A DNA stretch of 63,712 nt, filler included, from Reclinomonas americana ATCC 50394 (GCA_048213135.1; 31 parts of 31 records of this genome joined end to end with filler, not necessarily neighbours in it); one strand, 5' to 3'. Counted from the whole stretch's first letter, positions 45,928-57,691 are shown. Made by a program: numbers and translations. Notes: generated from the sequence alone by a model not told the origin.

Positions 45928-47768
45928 ATCCAAGGGTCTCAAGGGCGACAAGGGCGACGAGGGCAAGGTGTGTGGCGAAACGTAATGAGGTTCAGTGTCA
46001 ATGGTGATATTCATCGCTGGTGCATTTGCAGCCTGGTGTGAAGGGAGACAAGGGATCGAAGGGCCTGAAGGGCGACAAGGGATCGAAGGGCTTGAAGGGA
46101 GACAAGGGATCGAAGGGTCTGAAGGGCGACAAGGGATCCAAGGGCATGAAGGGCGATAAGGGAGACAAGGGTGCCGACGGCAAGGACGGCAAGGATGGCA
46201 AGGTTGGCGTACTTACTATCGTCCGACAGTTGATGCATGCTATCTCATTCTCTTCTCGTCATAGCCGGGCACCAAGGGATCCAAGGGCTCTCATGGCGTG
46301 CCGGTGAGTCCGCCGCCGTCATTTCTCACCCGTGATTTTCCGGAACTCATGTGTGGGTTGTGCGATACAGAGCTTTGGATTGCGATGCTTGAACGCGTCG
46401 CTGTCGATGAAGGAGCCTCGCTGTGAACCGACAATTGTCCAGTGCCCTGCTGGTGCGTCTATTATTCCAGTTTGCGACTATGGTGGGCATCGATCGTGCT
46501 CATCGTCATATGCAGGCACTGTGGTCACTGGCGGCGGCATCATTAACCACCTGCGCGAGTTCTCCGATCGGTGTGTTGGCGTCGCGTTCCTCTTCCAGCG
46601 TACGCCAACGATCACTAATTGTGTGTCACTGTTGCAGGTCGGTGCTAATGGACAGCAAGCCGTACGAAAACGGATGGAAGTGCCAAGTGTGAGTCGGCAG
46701 AAGAAGAAAAGTAGATATTTGTATTGTAGACCGATGCCTAACGATTCGTGTGCGTGCGTGCTTGTTCTCGCCTGTGCATGCGCAGTGGCATCAGCGGCGG
46801 CAAGTGGTCTTGCTTCGCTCGGTGCTGCCGACTGCCGAAGGACACTATTGTCGTGACTGCGCAAGGTGATTCTGATGCCTCCGGCAAGTCGGTGGCCAAT
46901 TGCCCAAGCGGTTACCAGGTGCGTCATATTTTGTGTTTGTGCCAGATGGATGTGTGGGTTGTGGTGAATGCTGAACGGACAACCGCGACATGTACGCAGG
47001 CGCTTGGCGGCGGTATCTCGATCGGCACCAGTGGCCTGCAGGGACAGCCGCTGGATCGGTTCGCGTACAGCGAGTCGCGTCCCAAGAGCGACAGCAGCGG
47101 ATGGCAGTGCAAGGTCGGCCTGCCAGGTGCGTTGTATAGTCAGCAAGCAATCGTGGGTGTTGCAGAGCGCATGCAGAAGCTGACTACGTGGATTGTGGAT
47201 GTGTCTGCAGGAACCACGCCTGCGCCGTCGTGGTGCTTTGCTCGATGCGCCAAGTTCCCGTGCGCACGCAAGGTCGAAGTGGTGAGTGGTGCTGGCGAGA
47301 TTGCGACCTGTGTGTGCCAATATCTGCACATGCATGCCTGCGGCTCACTGTTGCATGTGGCGACACACGCAGGTGCAAGTGGACGCGCCAGAGGCCGACA
47401 CGTTGCGCGTGTCGTGTCCGACTGGATCGACGATGGTTGGCGGCGGTTCGCAGTACGATGCTGGCAAGGGAGCTTGCAATGGTTTGTTGCCTTTTCTGAG
47501 GAGGAGTATTGAGGTTGTGAGTTTGTTTGCTGATGCGTGCAAAGCAGGCACCAACGTGTTCGAGGAATCGTTCCCCGAGTTGTCGAACACTTGGCGGTGT
47601 GACATGTTGCGTGTGGTGTGCTGGTGTTGTTGCTTCCATGGAAAGGCAATGTGTGTTGACATGAGCTGTGTGTGCAGGGCACTGGATACCGGTCGCGCAC
47701 TGTCGTGCTTCGCGTCGTGCGTGCACGCGGAGGGCTCGCAGGGTATCCCTGATCTCGTTGTCGAGTAA
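45928..47768 (+). CDS. Collagen-like protein with three Cys-containing C-terminal repeats (5' truncated, multi-exon)
   Basis: Gly-X-Y (GDKGSKGLK)n exons; then CPAG|TVVTGGG...SKPYENGWKC, CPSGYQ|ALGGG...SRPKSDSSGWQC and CPTGSTMVGGG...SFPELSNTWRC; stop at 47766-47768. Confidence 0.8.
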
Positions 47769-47882
47769 GGCAAATGAGCAGCAGCGTATTCAGTGAAACC
47801 GTTTCGCGGTGTATCAAAATCGCGCCATATTTGACCGTTTCATCACTTTCTTACTTGAAGCAGGAGAAGAAAAGAGAAGGAG

Positions 47883-48535
47883 ATGTGTCGTACTGTTTTC
47901 AAGCAGCAGCTCTGGTGGTCCCGCAGCGTCTTGTGGTGCGCGGTGATACTGGCTGTGTTGCTTGTGGCGTCTGTCGCCGCTGCCGCTCGCGAATCACTTG
48001 ACGAAGACGCCGACGGTCTGCACCTCACCACTGCAAACTTTGCCAAAGACCTTTTTTTTCTCACAAGGCCACAGTCCTGGACAACGTTGACTACGATGAG
48101 GCGTCTGTCGCTGTCGACAGCAGCCCCGATGCAGTCACAGATGAAGATGTGGAGCTCAATGACGACGTGAGTCTATTTGCACTCCGTTTCACAATCCATT
48201 CGTTGGTTGACCACTTTTGTATTATATCACAGCCTGCAGGCGACGATGTTGACGACATCGATGAGGAAGACTTGCATTCGTATGGTCCGTGGACTACCTC
48301 CAGCAGTCATCGCCGTCACTCACGTTCACACGTGAAGTCGCACAAGGCAAGTGCTCTGCCTGTCGTTGTTGTGCTCTTGTTGTTTTCTTTTGCTCACACG
48401 TTCTCTGCAGCATGGGCATTCGAGTGGAGACGAAGACGGTGACCGTGATGATAGTCGTGGGCACGGTTATGGAAGCTGCCATGGTGCGTCTTGCAAGAAG
48501 AAGAAGAAGATTCACCACACCCGCGGACTAGGTAA
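47883..48535 (+). CDS. Eukaryotic secreted protein with Asp/Glu-rich, His/Ser-rich and poly-Lys segments (3' truncated)
   Basis: Signal peptide VLWCAVILAVLLVASVAAA; four short exons; one GC-AG intron at 48347-48410. Confidence 0.62.
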
Positions 48536-48635
48536 NNNNNNNNNNNNNNNNNNNNNNNNNNNNNNNNNNNNNNNNNNNNTTAATTAATTAANNNNNNNNN
48601 NNNNNNNNNNNNNNNNNNNNNNNNNNNNNNNNNNN

Positions 48636-49627
48636 GGTGGAGCGAACGGCAGTTGCGCGTTCATCGCGGGGGCGGGGACGGATGCCGTCGCGGCGGCATC
48701 CGCGTTCTCGGCGAGCAGGCGCTCGTCACGCCACCGCGCCCACTGGTCGAACTTCGTCAGCAGCGCACCGACGGCACCGAACAGCCACGCCCAGGTCGCG
48801 GGGTCGAGCGTCGACACCTTGCGCTGCGTGTAGAGGAAGAGCCAGTCGTCGACGATCTCGACGTCGAGCTGGGCGGCGTTGTCGATGAACCGCGCCATGA
48901 TGTCGGGCGTGAACAGATAGAGCGCGTCGCGCTCGTATCCCGCGGGGCAGTACAGCGTGAAGTACCGGTCGAAGTCGCCCTCGAGCGAGAGGCGCTGCTC
49001 CTTCTCGAACGACGCGGGCAGGTTCGATCCGAAGCTGTTGTTGCCGTTCGCGTCGAGGACAATGTTCGGGAGCGGCACGTCGAGCTTCACCGCCACGTAC
49101 CCCCAGCGGTAGGTCGTCGAGTTCTTCCCCGACTGCACCGTGTACTGGTAGTTGCCGAACTCGACGAAGCGCGGGCGGGTGCCGCGGACGAGGTCGGTCG
49201 ACTGGCGGGAGCGGCCGAGGCTGAAGATCATGCCGGGCAGCAGCGGATCGGCGATCTTCGCCTCGTACGACATGCCGTTCGCCTGGGCGAAGCGGCTCAG
49301 CCGGTAGCGCGTGGCCTGGGCGTTCCGTACGCCGAGCCAGATCATCAGGACGACCGCGACCAGGACCAGGCCGATGAGCACCAGCGGGATCACTGCGATC
49401 CCGGGCGAGCCGCTCGCCGACGCCAGGCTGAGGAACACCGTCACGATGATCGGCAGCACCACGATGCCGGCGACCGACGCGGCCACGATGCCGATGATCG
49501 TCGACGTCGAGGCGCTCGTCGACTGCCGTGCTCGCAGCTCGGCGGTGAAAGCCCGGACGGCCGCGGAGTCGACCGGGTCGGTGAGCGGCCGGGCGTCGAA
49601 GGTGATCGGGGGCTGCGGCGCGGTCAT
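48636..49627 (-). CDS. Actinobacterial membrane protein (DUF3137-like, 3' truncated)
   Basis: Two TM helices, then LSLEGDFDRYFTLYCP.GYERDALYLFTPD. Confidence 0.7.
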
Positions 49628-49782
49628 CGGTTCACCTGGTCGGCGTCCCAGGTCAGGTCGGTGCCCTCCGGGATCTGCACCGCCTCGAGGCGGTCGTCGG
49701 CGCAGATCTCGTGGATGAGAGCATCCGGCCCCGCCACGATCGTGGAGTCGAAGTCGATCTCGGACACCATCACCCACGAGCG
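49624..49782 (-). CDS. Actinobacterial hypothetical protein, C-terminus
   Basis: SWVMVSEIDFDSTIVAG...DLTWDADQVNR*; ATGA overlap with the next gene. Confidence 0.6.
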   Translation of the reverse strand, partial: RSWVMVSEIDFDSTIVAGPDALIHEICADDRLEAVQIPEGTDLTWDADQVNR

Positions 49783-49883
49783 NNNNNNNNNNNNNNNNNN
49801 NNNNNNNNNNNNNNNNNNNNNNNNNNTTAATTAATTAANNNNNNNNNNNNNNNNNNNNNNNNNNNNNNNNNNNNNNNNNNNNC

Positions 49884-50462
49884 ACCGACCGACTGTGAGT
49901 GTGATTGAAGGCATGAGGCATTGATTGTGACTTGGGGGAGGGGAGGCGAGCCTCACGACGCAGCTGCCTCGTCCATCGATGTGTACGTGCTACTGTACTG
50001 GTCGCTCCTCTCCTGTTCCCTGTGACTCTCCTTCTTCGTCGTACCATCGTGACGTGCACCTCGTCAACTTCGCTGTGGGCCGAGCCAAGGAGATGTGAGG
50101 TGTCGCTGACTCGCTCGCTTCGCTGCTCAATTGATTCTCGTGTGTGCCGTGGCATCAGCTGCACATCCAAGCAGCCCGACATGCCAGTCCTCGTTGAGAG
50201 ATAATGCAGGGCAGTAGAAAGAGAGTGTCGCTGGACAGCAGCGCGATGCAGTGGAGCGCCACCTTGTGTCGCCAGCATGTCCATGCTGCCGATTTCGCAC
50301 CGACAAGTCCCATGTCAGTCTTCGAAAGCCCACGCGCATCAAAGAGCCACATCGCACACACTACCGCATGATGTGTGGAGTGCTGGTTGCAGCCCGGCGA
50401 GGGATGGACGACGTCTCAGAGCAAGGCGGGTAACAGTGACAATCCCGAGCGAGCAAATCACA
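49884..50462 (+). repeat. Copy 1 of a ~580-bp non-coding direct repeat (upstream region of WD40 gene)
   Basis: Starts ACCGACCGACTGTGAGT.TGATTGAAGGCATGAGGCATTG, ends AACAGTGACAATCC.GAGCGAGCAAATCAC. Confidence 0.9.
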
Positions 50463-50476
50463 CATACACACGGAGA

Positions 50477-51662
50477 ATGGCAACAAAGGTGTGAATGTGT
50501 GCGCACTTTTGCGTGGTTGGTGTCTGTGCGTGCATTATATTCGTGTGATCGTGCGTGTGTGTGGTTGCTGTTTGCGTTGCTGTGCATGTGCGTGTCTTTG
50601 AATGCCTCTCCACGTGCGTCTCATCACGAGTGATCGGCACAGATCATTCAGAGTCCCGCTGCTGTGCGGTCCGTCGCTGTCACTCCCGATGGCGAACACA
50701 TTGTTGGTGGATGCATGGACAGCACCGTTCGAATGTGGTCTCTGGCGAGTGGGGAAGAAGTGCGAAGGTTCAAGGGGCACGCTGGCAGGGTGTTCTCTGT
50801 CGCAGTCACTCTTGATGGTCAGCTTATTGTCAGTGGCGGTGGAGACTGTACCGTGCGTGTGTGGTTGCTGGAGAGTGGGATGGAGGTGCGACGGCTGGAG
50901 GGACACTCCCGGGAGGTGTGGTCAGTCGCCGTCACGCCTGATTGTCAGCACGTTGTCAGCGGTGGCTACGATCAGACAGTGCGAGTGTGGTCACTGGCGA
51001 GTGGCGAGGAGGTGCGACGGATTGAAGGACACGCCAACATGGTGTGGTCAGTCGCCGTCACCCCAGATGGTAAACACGTTGTGAGTGGGGGTGGAGACAA
51101 CACAGTGCGGGTATGGTTGCTGGCGAGCGGCGAAGAAGTGCGGCGGTTGGAGGGACACACTTCCTGGGTGCAGTCTGTCGCTGTCACCCCCGATGGTCAG
51201 CACATCGTGAGTGGCTGTAGGGACAAAACGGTGAGAGTGTGGTTGCTGGCGAGCGGGGAGGAAGTGCGACGGTTGGAGGGACATGCTTCATGGGTGTATT
51301 GTGTCGCCGTCACTCCCGATGGCCAGCACATCATTAGCGGGAGTGAGGACAGCACCATTAGGGTATGGTCTCTGGCGAGTGGCGATGAAGTACGACGGTT
51401 GGAGGGACACACTGAATGGGTGTCGTCTGTTGCCGTCTCTCCCGATGGTCAGCACATTGTCAGTGCGGGTGGCTACGACAAGACCGTGAGAGTGTGGTCT
51501 ACACCGCGTGGCCTCGCTCGTCTCGAACTCGACGCCGCGCGCTCCGCCATGCAGGCTGTGCAGGAGATGCAGGAGGAAGAAGTAGATTCGCGATGCCTTC
51601 CCGAGCTGGTTCTGCGCTGTTTCATCGTCGAAGATGCCGAGGTTGTCCCTTTCCGGTGCTGA
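50477..51662 (+). CDS. 7-repeat WD40 protein with SOCS-box-like C-terminal tail
   Basis: Exon 1 50477-50488 (MATK), phase-0 intron, exon 2 50643-51662; seven 42-aa repeats; tail STPRGLARLELDAARSAM...DSRCLPELVLRCF. Confidence 0.9.
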
Positions 51663-53107
51663 GAAGGTGAGCCGAAGGGAGAAGGTGGCTGCTGGAGAAT
51701 GTGAGTTGTTTTTCTTGTTGTGCGAGGGAGAATGGGTGGTTGTTCATGGTGCAGGTGGGGAAAGAGGACGACAGAGGAAGAGAGAGAGGTCGTTGATGAT
51801 GAATTGTTCTCTGTGTTTGTTCCCCTTTCATGTGAATGATAGTCTGCGGCCGTGAATGATGTCTCCCTCTGTGTGCGTATCTCTTTCTCACCTCCATTTT
51901 GTGAGCAAGCTCGATGAATCACCTGGGAGTCTCTTGCGTTTTTTTGTCTTGTTGTATGTCTGTTGTGCGTGCATCTTCCGTCGTTCGTGTTTGTGCCTCA
52001 GGAGAGCGAGTCGCCGTTGTCTATTTCCTCGCGTCTTCTTTTGCGCACCACTTTGGCATCACTGCTCTGCTTCCCATTGTGCCTGTGCGCCGTGGGCATT
52101 CTCCTTCCGGCTCTGAAGAATGCATGTCATCCCGCTCTCCCTCTTTCATGTCCCTTGCAGAGTCTCTCTCTCTCTCTCTTTCTCCACCGCCTCCCTCCTT
52201 TATGCGCTTATCTGCTTCCTCAGTCGTCCACTCCTCCTTGCCGCACAAGCTCGAGGCCGAGCATGCTGGTCTGCTCACCGTTTTCCGACTGCCATTCTGC
52301 CGTCGAGTTGGTCAGTCCATCATGGTGAGCTTCCCGATGCCGAAGTGTGTGAGGTGACATGACTGCAGACTGACTCCGCTCTCCCCCTATTGAAGGATGG
52401 TTGTGTGTGCAGAAGCTTCCCTCGGCTTGCCTCTTGACCAAACGCGTGTTGGCATCAGGTGCTGATCGGTGTGTTTGTCAGTGAGACAGAGCAGATATCT
52501 ATCTCCTACCTCCATTCTTCGCTCACAGTGTACCGACATGCAGGCACCTTTAGGGCAGGTCCCCCTCGTTGTTCCGTAATGATTGCAGGCGTGCTGTGCA
52601 GCGCCCGCTGCCGGCTGTCACCTCACTAAGTCGGCTCCCCACTCGCATCTTACCAATGCTCGAAGCAGGTGTGTGACCTTGTTCGTCTTGATCGCTCTTC
52701 TCTCCTTCCCTTTACTCACCCCATTCATGCAGGTCGTGCAGGCCATGGAGTTCGTGGCTTGGTGGGTGTACACATGCGCGCGTGCCGTGATGTGCGATGG
52801 TGGCCTGGTTGGTGGATCGTTTTCAATCCCGGCTGGCAAGTCGGAGCAGATCGATGATGTGCGCACGTTGGTTGCTGCTCTCACCGCCGAGTGACCATGA
52901 TGGTGGCCATGGGAGACTGCAGACACGCGCAAGGCCTGCAACACATGCATGGGACGTGCGTGTTCTACTCCTGCGTTGAGAAACATTATGGCGAGACTTG
53001 GAGATTGACCGACTCCATTCCGTGTGTGACCAGAGCACCGGCGCGTTGGCAAGTGACTGGCATGCAAAGACACGTGGTATGCCTCACAGTACATTCATGA
53101 GACGATT

Positions 53108-53682
53108 ACCGACCGACTGTGAGTATGATTGAAGGCATGAGGCATTGATTGTGAGTTGGGTGAGGGGAGGCGAGTCTCACGACCCAACTGCCTCTTCCAT
53201 CGCTGTGCTGCTGTACTGGTCGCTCCTCTCCTGTTCCCTGTGACTCTCGTACTTCATTGTCTCGCCTCAACTTCGCGGTGGACCGATCCAAGGAGTCGAT
53301 GACTCGAGCTCGGTGCTCATTGGATTCTCGAGTGTGCTGTGCACATGTGGCTTCAGCACAGCTGGACCACAGCTGCATATCCAAGCAGCCCGACATTCCA
53401 ATCCTCGTTGGCAGAGAATGCTGGCCGGTCTCGATGCAATGGAGCGCCAACCTCGTGTCACCACCACCACCTTGCGCATGCATGACGTCCATTCTGCCCA
53501 TATCGCGAGTCCCATGTCGGTCTTCGAAAGCCCACACGCATCAAAGAATCCACATTGCTCTCATACTGCTGATGCTGTGCGGGGTGCTGGTTGCAGCCTG
53601 GCGAGGGATGGACGACGTCTCAGAGCAAGGCGGGAGAAGAAAGGCGGGAAACAGTGACAATCCTGAGCGAGCAAATCACGCA
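53108..53682 (+). repeat. Copy 2 of the ~580-bp direct repeat
   Basis: Same start and end motifs as 49884-50462, with substitutions and indels; about 3.22 kb downstream. Confidence 0.9.
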
Positions 53683-53849
53683 CCACCCTCTNNNNNNNNN
53701 NNNNNNNNNNNNNNNNNNNNNNNNNNNNNNNNNNNTTAATTAATTAANNNNNNNNNNNNNNNNNNNNNNNNNNNNNNNNNNNNNNNNNNNNAAGCAGTGC
53801 ACCAATAGTGGTCACAATGCCGCCGCTGTTCAAGCCGCCAGAGCTCACC

Positions 53850-56800
53850 AACCGCCTTGCAGCGAACCCACAGTCGTCACACTGCGGTAGCGCGACGACG
53901 GCTTGATCGTCTGGAACAGCTGCACGCAAGTGCCGGCAATGGCCGGGTTGGTGCCACTGCCGAGCACAGCAGTGTTCATGCCCAGACCGTCAGCGGCGGC
54001 CGCGCGGGTTGCCAGTTGACGCCAGGAAGCGGGTCGTCCACTGCCAGTACACCAGGTAGTAGGTGGCGGCCGCAGTCGTGCCCGAGCCGACCGCAGTCCA
54101 CGACACGCGGTACTCGTTGGCGGCGTAGAAGTTCAGCGACGGAGAGCCAGCAGCCGGCACAATGCCAGTCGTGGTCACCGGCGACGCCTGGATGTAGATC
54201 GACAGCGAGTTGTTGCCCGTGCCAATCGAGTTGGTCGCGTTGAGGAAGAAGCGGTAGAAGTTGCCGTTCACCACCGTCACAGACGCCGTGGTGTCGGTGG
54301 CACCCAACGCGACAGTCGGGCTGTAGTCGTAGCCGACGCACCAGTCAGCGACTGGGCAGAAATGGCAGTCGACGCGCCAGTGGCGGTCGTCCACGAGAAC
54401 GCAATCGCCGTGCCAGTGTTGCTGGTCACCGCAAAGTTGGGCTGGTCATTCGGCACCTGGCCCGTCAGCACGTTGTTGTTGAGGCCGTTGCCGATGATGC
54501 CGTCACCGAAGGTGGCCAGAGTGGTCGACGTGCCAATGCCGTTGATGCCGCGCACATCGATGAAGTAGTTGGTGGCGTCGGTGAGGCCGCGGATCACAGC
54601 CTGCTGCACCGACGTGGTGTTCTGCGTCAGCGTGCTGGCCGTAGCCGCGCGCCACGACACCTGCCACTGGGTCACGAAGCCCTGGCCGCCAGTCTCCTGC
54701 GGCTGTCCCCAGCTGAGCCAGATCGAGGTCGAACGCTTGAGCAGAAGGTTCGACGACAGCGACGTGATGCCGCCTGGGCGCTGCGGCGACGTGGCCGTGG
54801 TGATGGTGATGGCCGTCGCAGACCAGGCAGTCTGGTAGCCGTTGAACGACGCCACGCCAATGCGGTACTTGGTGTTGGAGGTCAGGCCATTCACCAGCAG
54901 CGACGAGGTGGTCGAGCCGAGCGAGCCAGTGAACTGAGTCACATGTACAAACGAGTCCGGCACGAAAGTGGTCGAGGTGACGTTGGTCAGGTTCTGCACC
55001 AGCACCTGCACGCCGACATAGTTGTTGAAGCCGTCCGACGTGGTCAGCGAGTACGTATACTGCGTGCCGATCACCGTCGACGGGGTCGACAGCGTGAAGG
55101 TGGTGTAGCCGGAGCCAGTCGTGCCAGCCGAGCCGCCAGTGGTCAGAGCCGGCAGCGGGTACGGGCGCACAATCGAGTTGGCAATCTGCGGCAGAGTGCC
55201 CGACTGAGCACCGCTCTGCGTCGAGGTCACACCAGAGTCCGAGCGGGTGTTGGTGGCCTGCACGGCGTAGGTGTACGACTTGCCCGGAATGGTCGGGAAC
55301 GAGAAGTTGGTGGTCAGCGTCGTCCACGTGTAGGTGCGGTTGCAGTTGCTGGTGTTCTGCGTCACAACGTAGCCGTTGATCGAGGTGCCACCAATGCCAA
55401 TCGGCGATGCCCACGAGATGCTGGTGATGGTGTCCTGGTAGCAGTTGCCAGAGAAGCCCACACCGAGGGTACCAGCCACAGCAGCGCAGCCGGCGCTCGA
55501 GTTGGTGCCGTGCGAGGTCGCAATACCTCCAGTAAGCGTCGGGGCGGCGGGGGCGATCGGAGTATCGTCTGTGGTGGGAGAAGGGAGGCGGTGGATGAGA
55601 TACTGATATTCAAAAAAGCACATGTCTCCCTGTCACGCTCTCTTTCTCTCTCTCTCACCCTCTCCCTCTCCATCAATCTCAACCCCCTTCCCCTTTCCCC
55701 TTCAACAACGCAACTGCTGTTGTGAGTGGTCCGAGTGATCGGACCAGCAGCAGTGGCCGAGTTGGTCGACGTGGCAGTGGCGTACACCTGGTACGTATAC
55801 GTGTACGACGTGTTGGCCGTCAGCGTCGTGTCGGCAGTGTAAGCGGCGGTGGTCGCCCAGCCAGCCGGCAGGGTCACCGTGCCCACAGACACCGGGGTCG
55901 CGCTGCCCTGGCCGCGGAAGATCGTGAACACCGTCACGGCGTTGGAGCCAAAGTTCTGCGGAATCGTCCACTGCAGGAAGATGTTGGTGAGGCCGTACTG
56001 CGTCACGACCAGGCTGGTCGGCGGGTTCGGCACGACACCGGTGGCAGCCGGAGTGGTGAAGTTGATCGACGAGCTGAACACGCACGTCACCGGGTTGGCG
56101 GCAGTGCCAGCCGGGTTGAAGGGCGAGGTCGGGAAGGCGATCGAGAACTGGTTGCTGGCGCAGATCTGCAGGTTGACCGAGGTGCCAGCCGGCAGGCCAG
56201 TCACGTCAATGTAGTAGGTCGACAGGTTGCTGTTCCACGATCCAGTGCCAGTGCCGTTGGTGGACGGGATGGAGCTGGTGTCAATGTTGGTGGCAGTGCC
56301 GGCAGTGGCCGAGGTCACCGACGAGGCGCGCGCTGGTGGTGTAGTACGTCACACGGTAGTTGGGGACGCTCGGGGTCGGCGTCGTCAGGTTGCTCTGCGA
56401 GCCGTTCGAGGTGGCAGTGTTGGAGCCGCCGACGCTGATCGGAGTCGAGAAGTTGAGGCGCACGCCAGGCGCGAGTACGCCACACCAGTGGGCGCAGCCG
56501 GCACCGCACCATTGTTGTCGGTGGTGGCCTGGATGGAGCCAGCCGACGAGGCACTGGTGTTGTTGTTCACAGTGAACTTGGCCTTGACCGTGTACTGCGT
56601 GGCAGCCACAAAGTTGTTGGCGGTGCCGCTCACAGTGAAGCCGGTGATCTGCTGGTAGAAGCCAGAGTTGTACGAGAACAAGCCGTGGAACGAGGTGGCG
56701 ATGTTGCCGTTGCCAGTCGCGCCGGTGGTGATGGCAGGCTGGTCAGAGCTGGCGTTGGTCACCGTGTAGGCGGCGGTCGGCGCAGCGCCAGTGTCGCCCG

Positions 56801-57591
56801 TGCCAAAGGTGGCCGGGTAGTTGAAGGCGACGACAAACGACGTCGAAGTGACCTGGTCCACAGAGCCAGTGTACGGGGTCACAGTGTAGCCTGTCGGCGT
56901 GGCCGGCGCACCCGACGCCAGGGTCACCGTCACGGGTCAGGTTGTCACCGTTGGCACCCGGAGTGCCGCTGCCGTTGTTGTAGGTCGTCGAGATGGCGCA
57001 GCTAGCTGGTGCCAGTCAGACCAGTGACCTTGACAAGCACGCGGTTGCGCGACAGACCGGAGCTACCGGCCGGGATGCCGAAGTCGGTCAGGTCGGCAAT
57101 GGTGGTGACCACAGTCACCGCACCGGTGCCGCAGTCCGACTTGATCATGACGTACCACGAGGCAGCGCCAATCACACCCACGTTGGCCGCCACACCCTCC
57201 CACTCCACCCACGTTGAGGTCGACGTAATGTAGCGCAGAGTGGACGACAGCGTCGGCGCCGCAGTCGAAACCTTGGTGGCATCCGAGCCGCTGGTGGTCA
57301 GAGTGCCGCTCCAGGGAACAGCCGAGCGGTTCACCTGCGACTCAGTCCACACATTGATGGTGCAGCCCTGGCCAGTGGTGGCGTTGGTGGCCAGAGTCAC
57401 ACCGCGCCACGTGCCAGACGACACGGTGGTGTCGGTCACAGTTGTGGGACCAGCGTCGCCCACCAAGAATGGGCGGTCGGCAGTGGTGCCGGTGGCGAGG
57501 TTGGTTGTGTCAATGTCCTGGAACTGGTTGGCGCCAGTGCCGACAGAGCCGTTGGTGGAGAGACCACCCTGGCCGACGAGGTCAGCCGGCA
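53850..57591 (-). pseudogene. Giant Thr/Ser/Gly-rich fibronectin type III repeat protein with multiple frameshifts
   Basis: FN3 motifs (WxxP, GL...T.Y...V...N..G) in successive frames; frame changes near 57003, 56934, 56472, 56328, 54361 and 54030; one phase-1 intron at ~55571-55714. Confidence 0.72.
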
Positions 57592-57691
57592 NNNNNNNNN
57601 NNNNNNNNNNNNNNNNNNNNNNNNNNNNNNNNNNNTTAATTAATTAANNNNNNNNNNNNNNNNNNNNNNNNNNNNNNNNNNNNNNNNNNNN

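Noticed and set aside
50643..51500. Diversity-generating retroelement behind the WD40 variability
   Set aside because: No reverse transcriptase or template repeat is visible, and the differences do not look adenine-specific.
25104..51662. Ubc12, cullin and WD40-tail genes as a clustered ubiquitin-ligase system
   Set aside because: They are on separate contigs, and cullin and Ubc12 are universal eukaryotic genes; co-occurrence shows no linkage.
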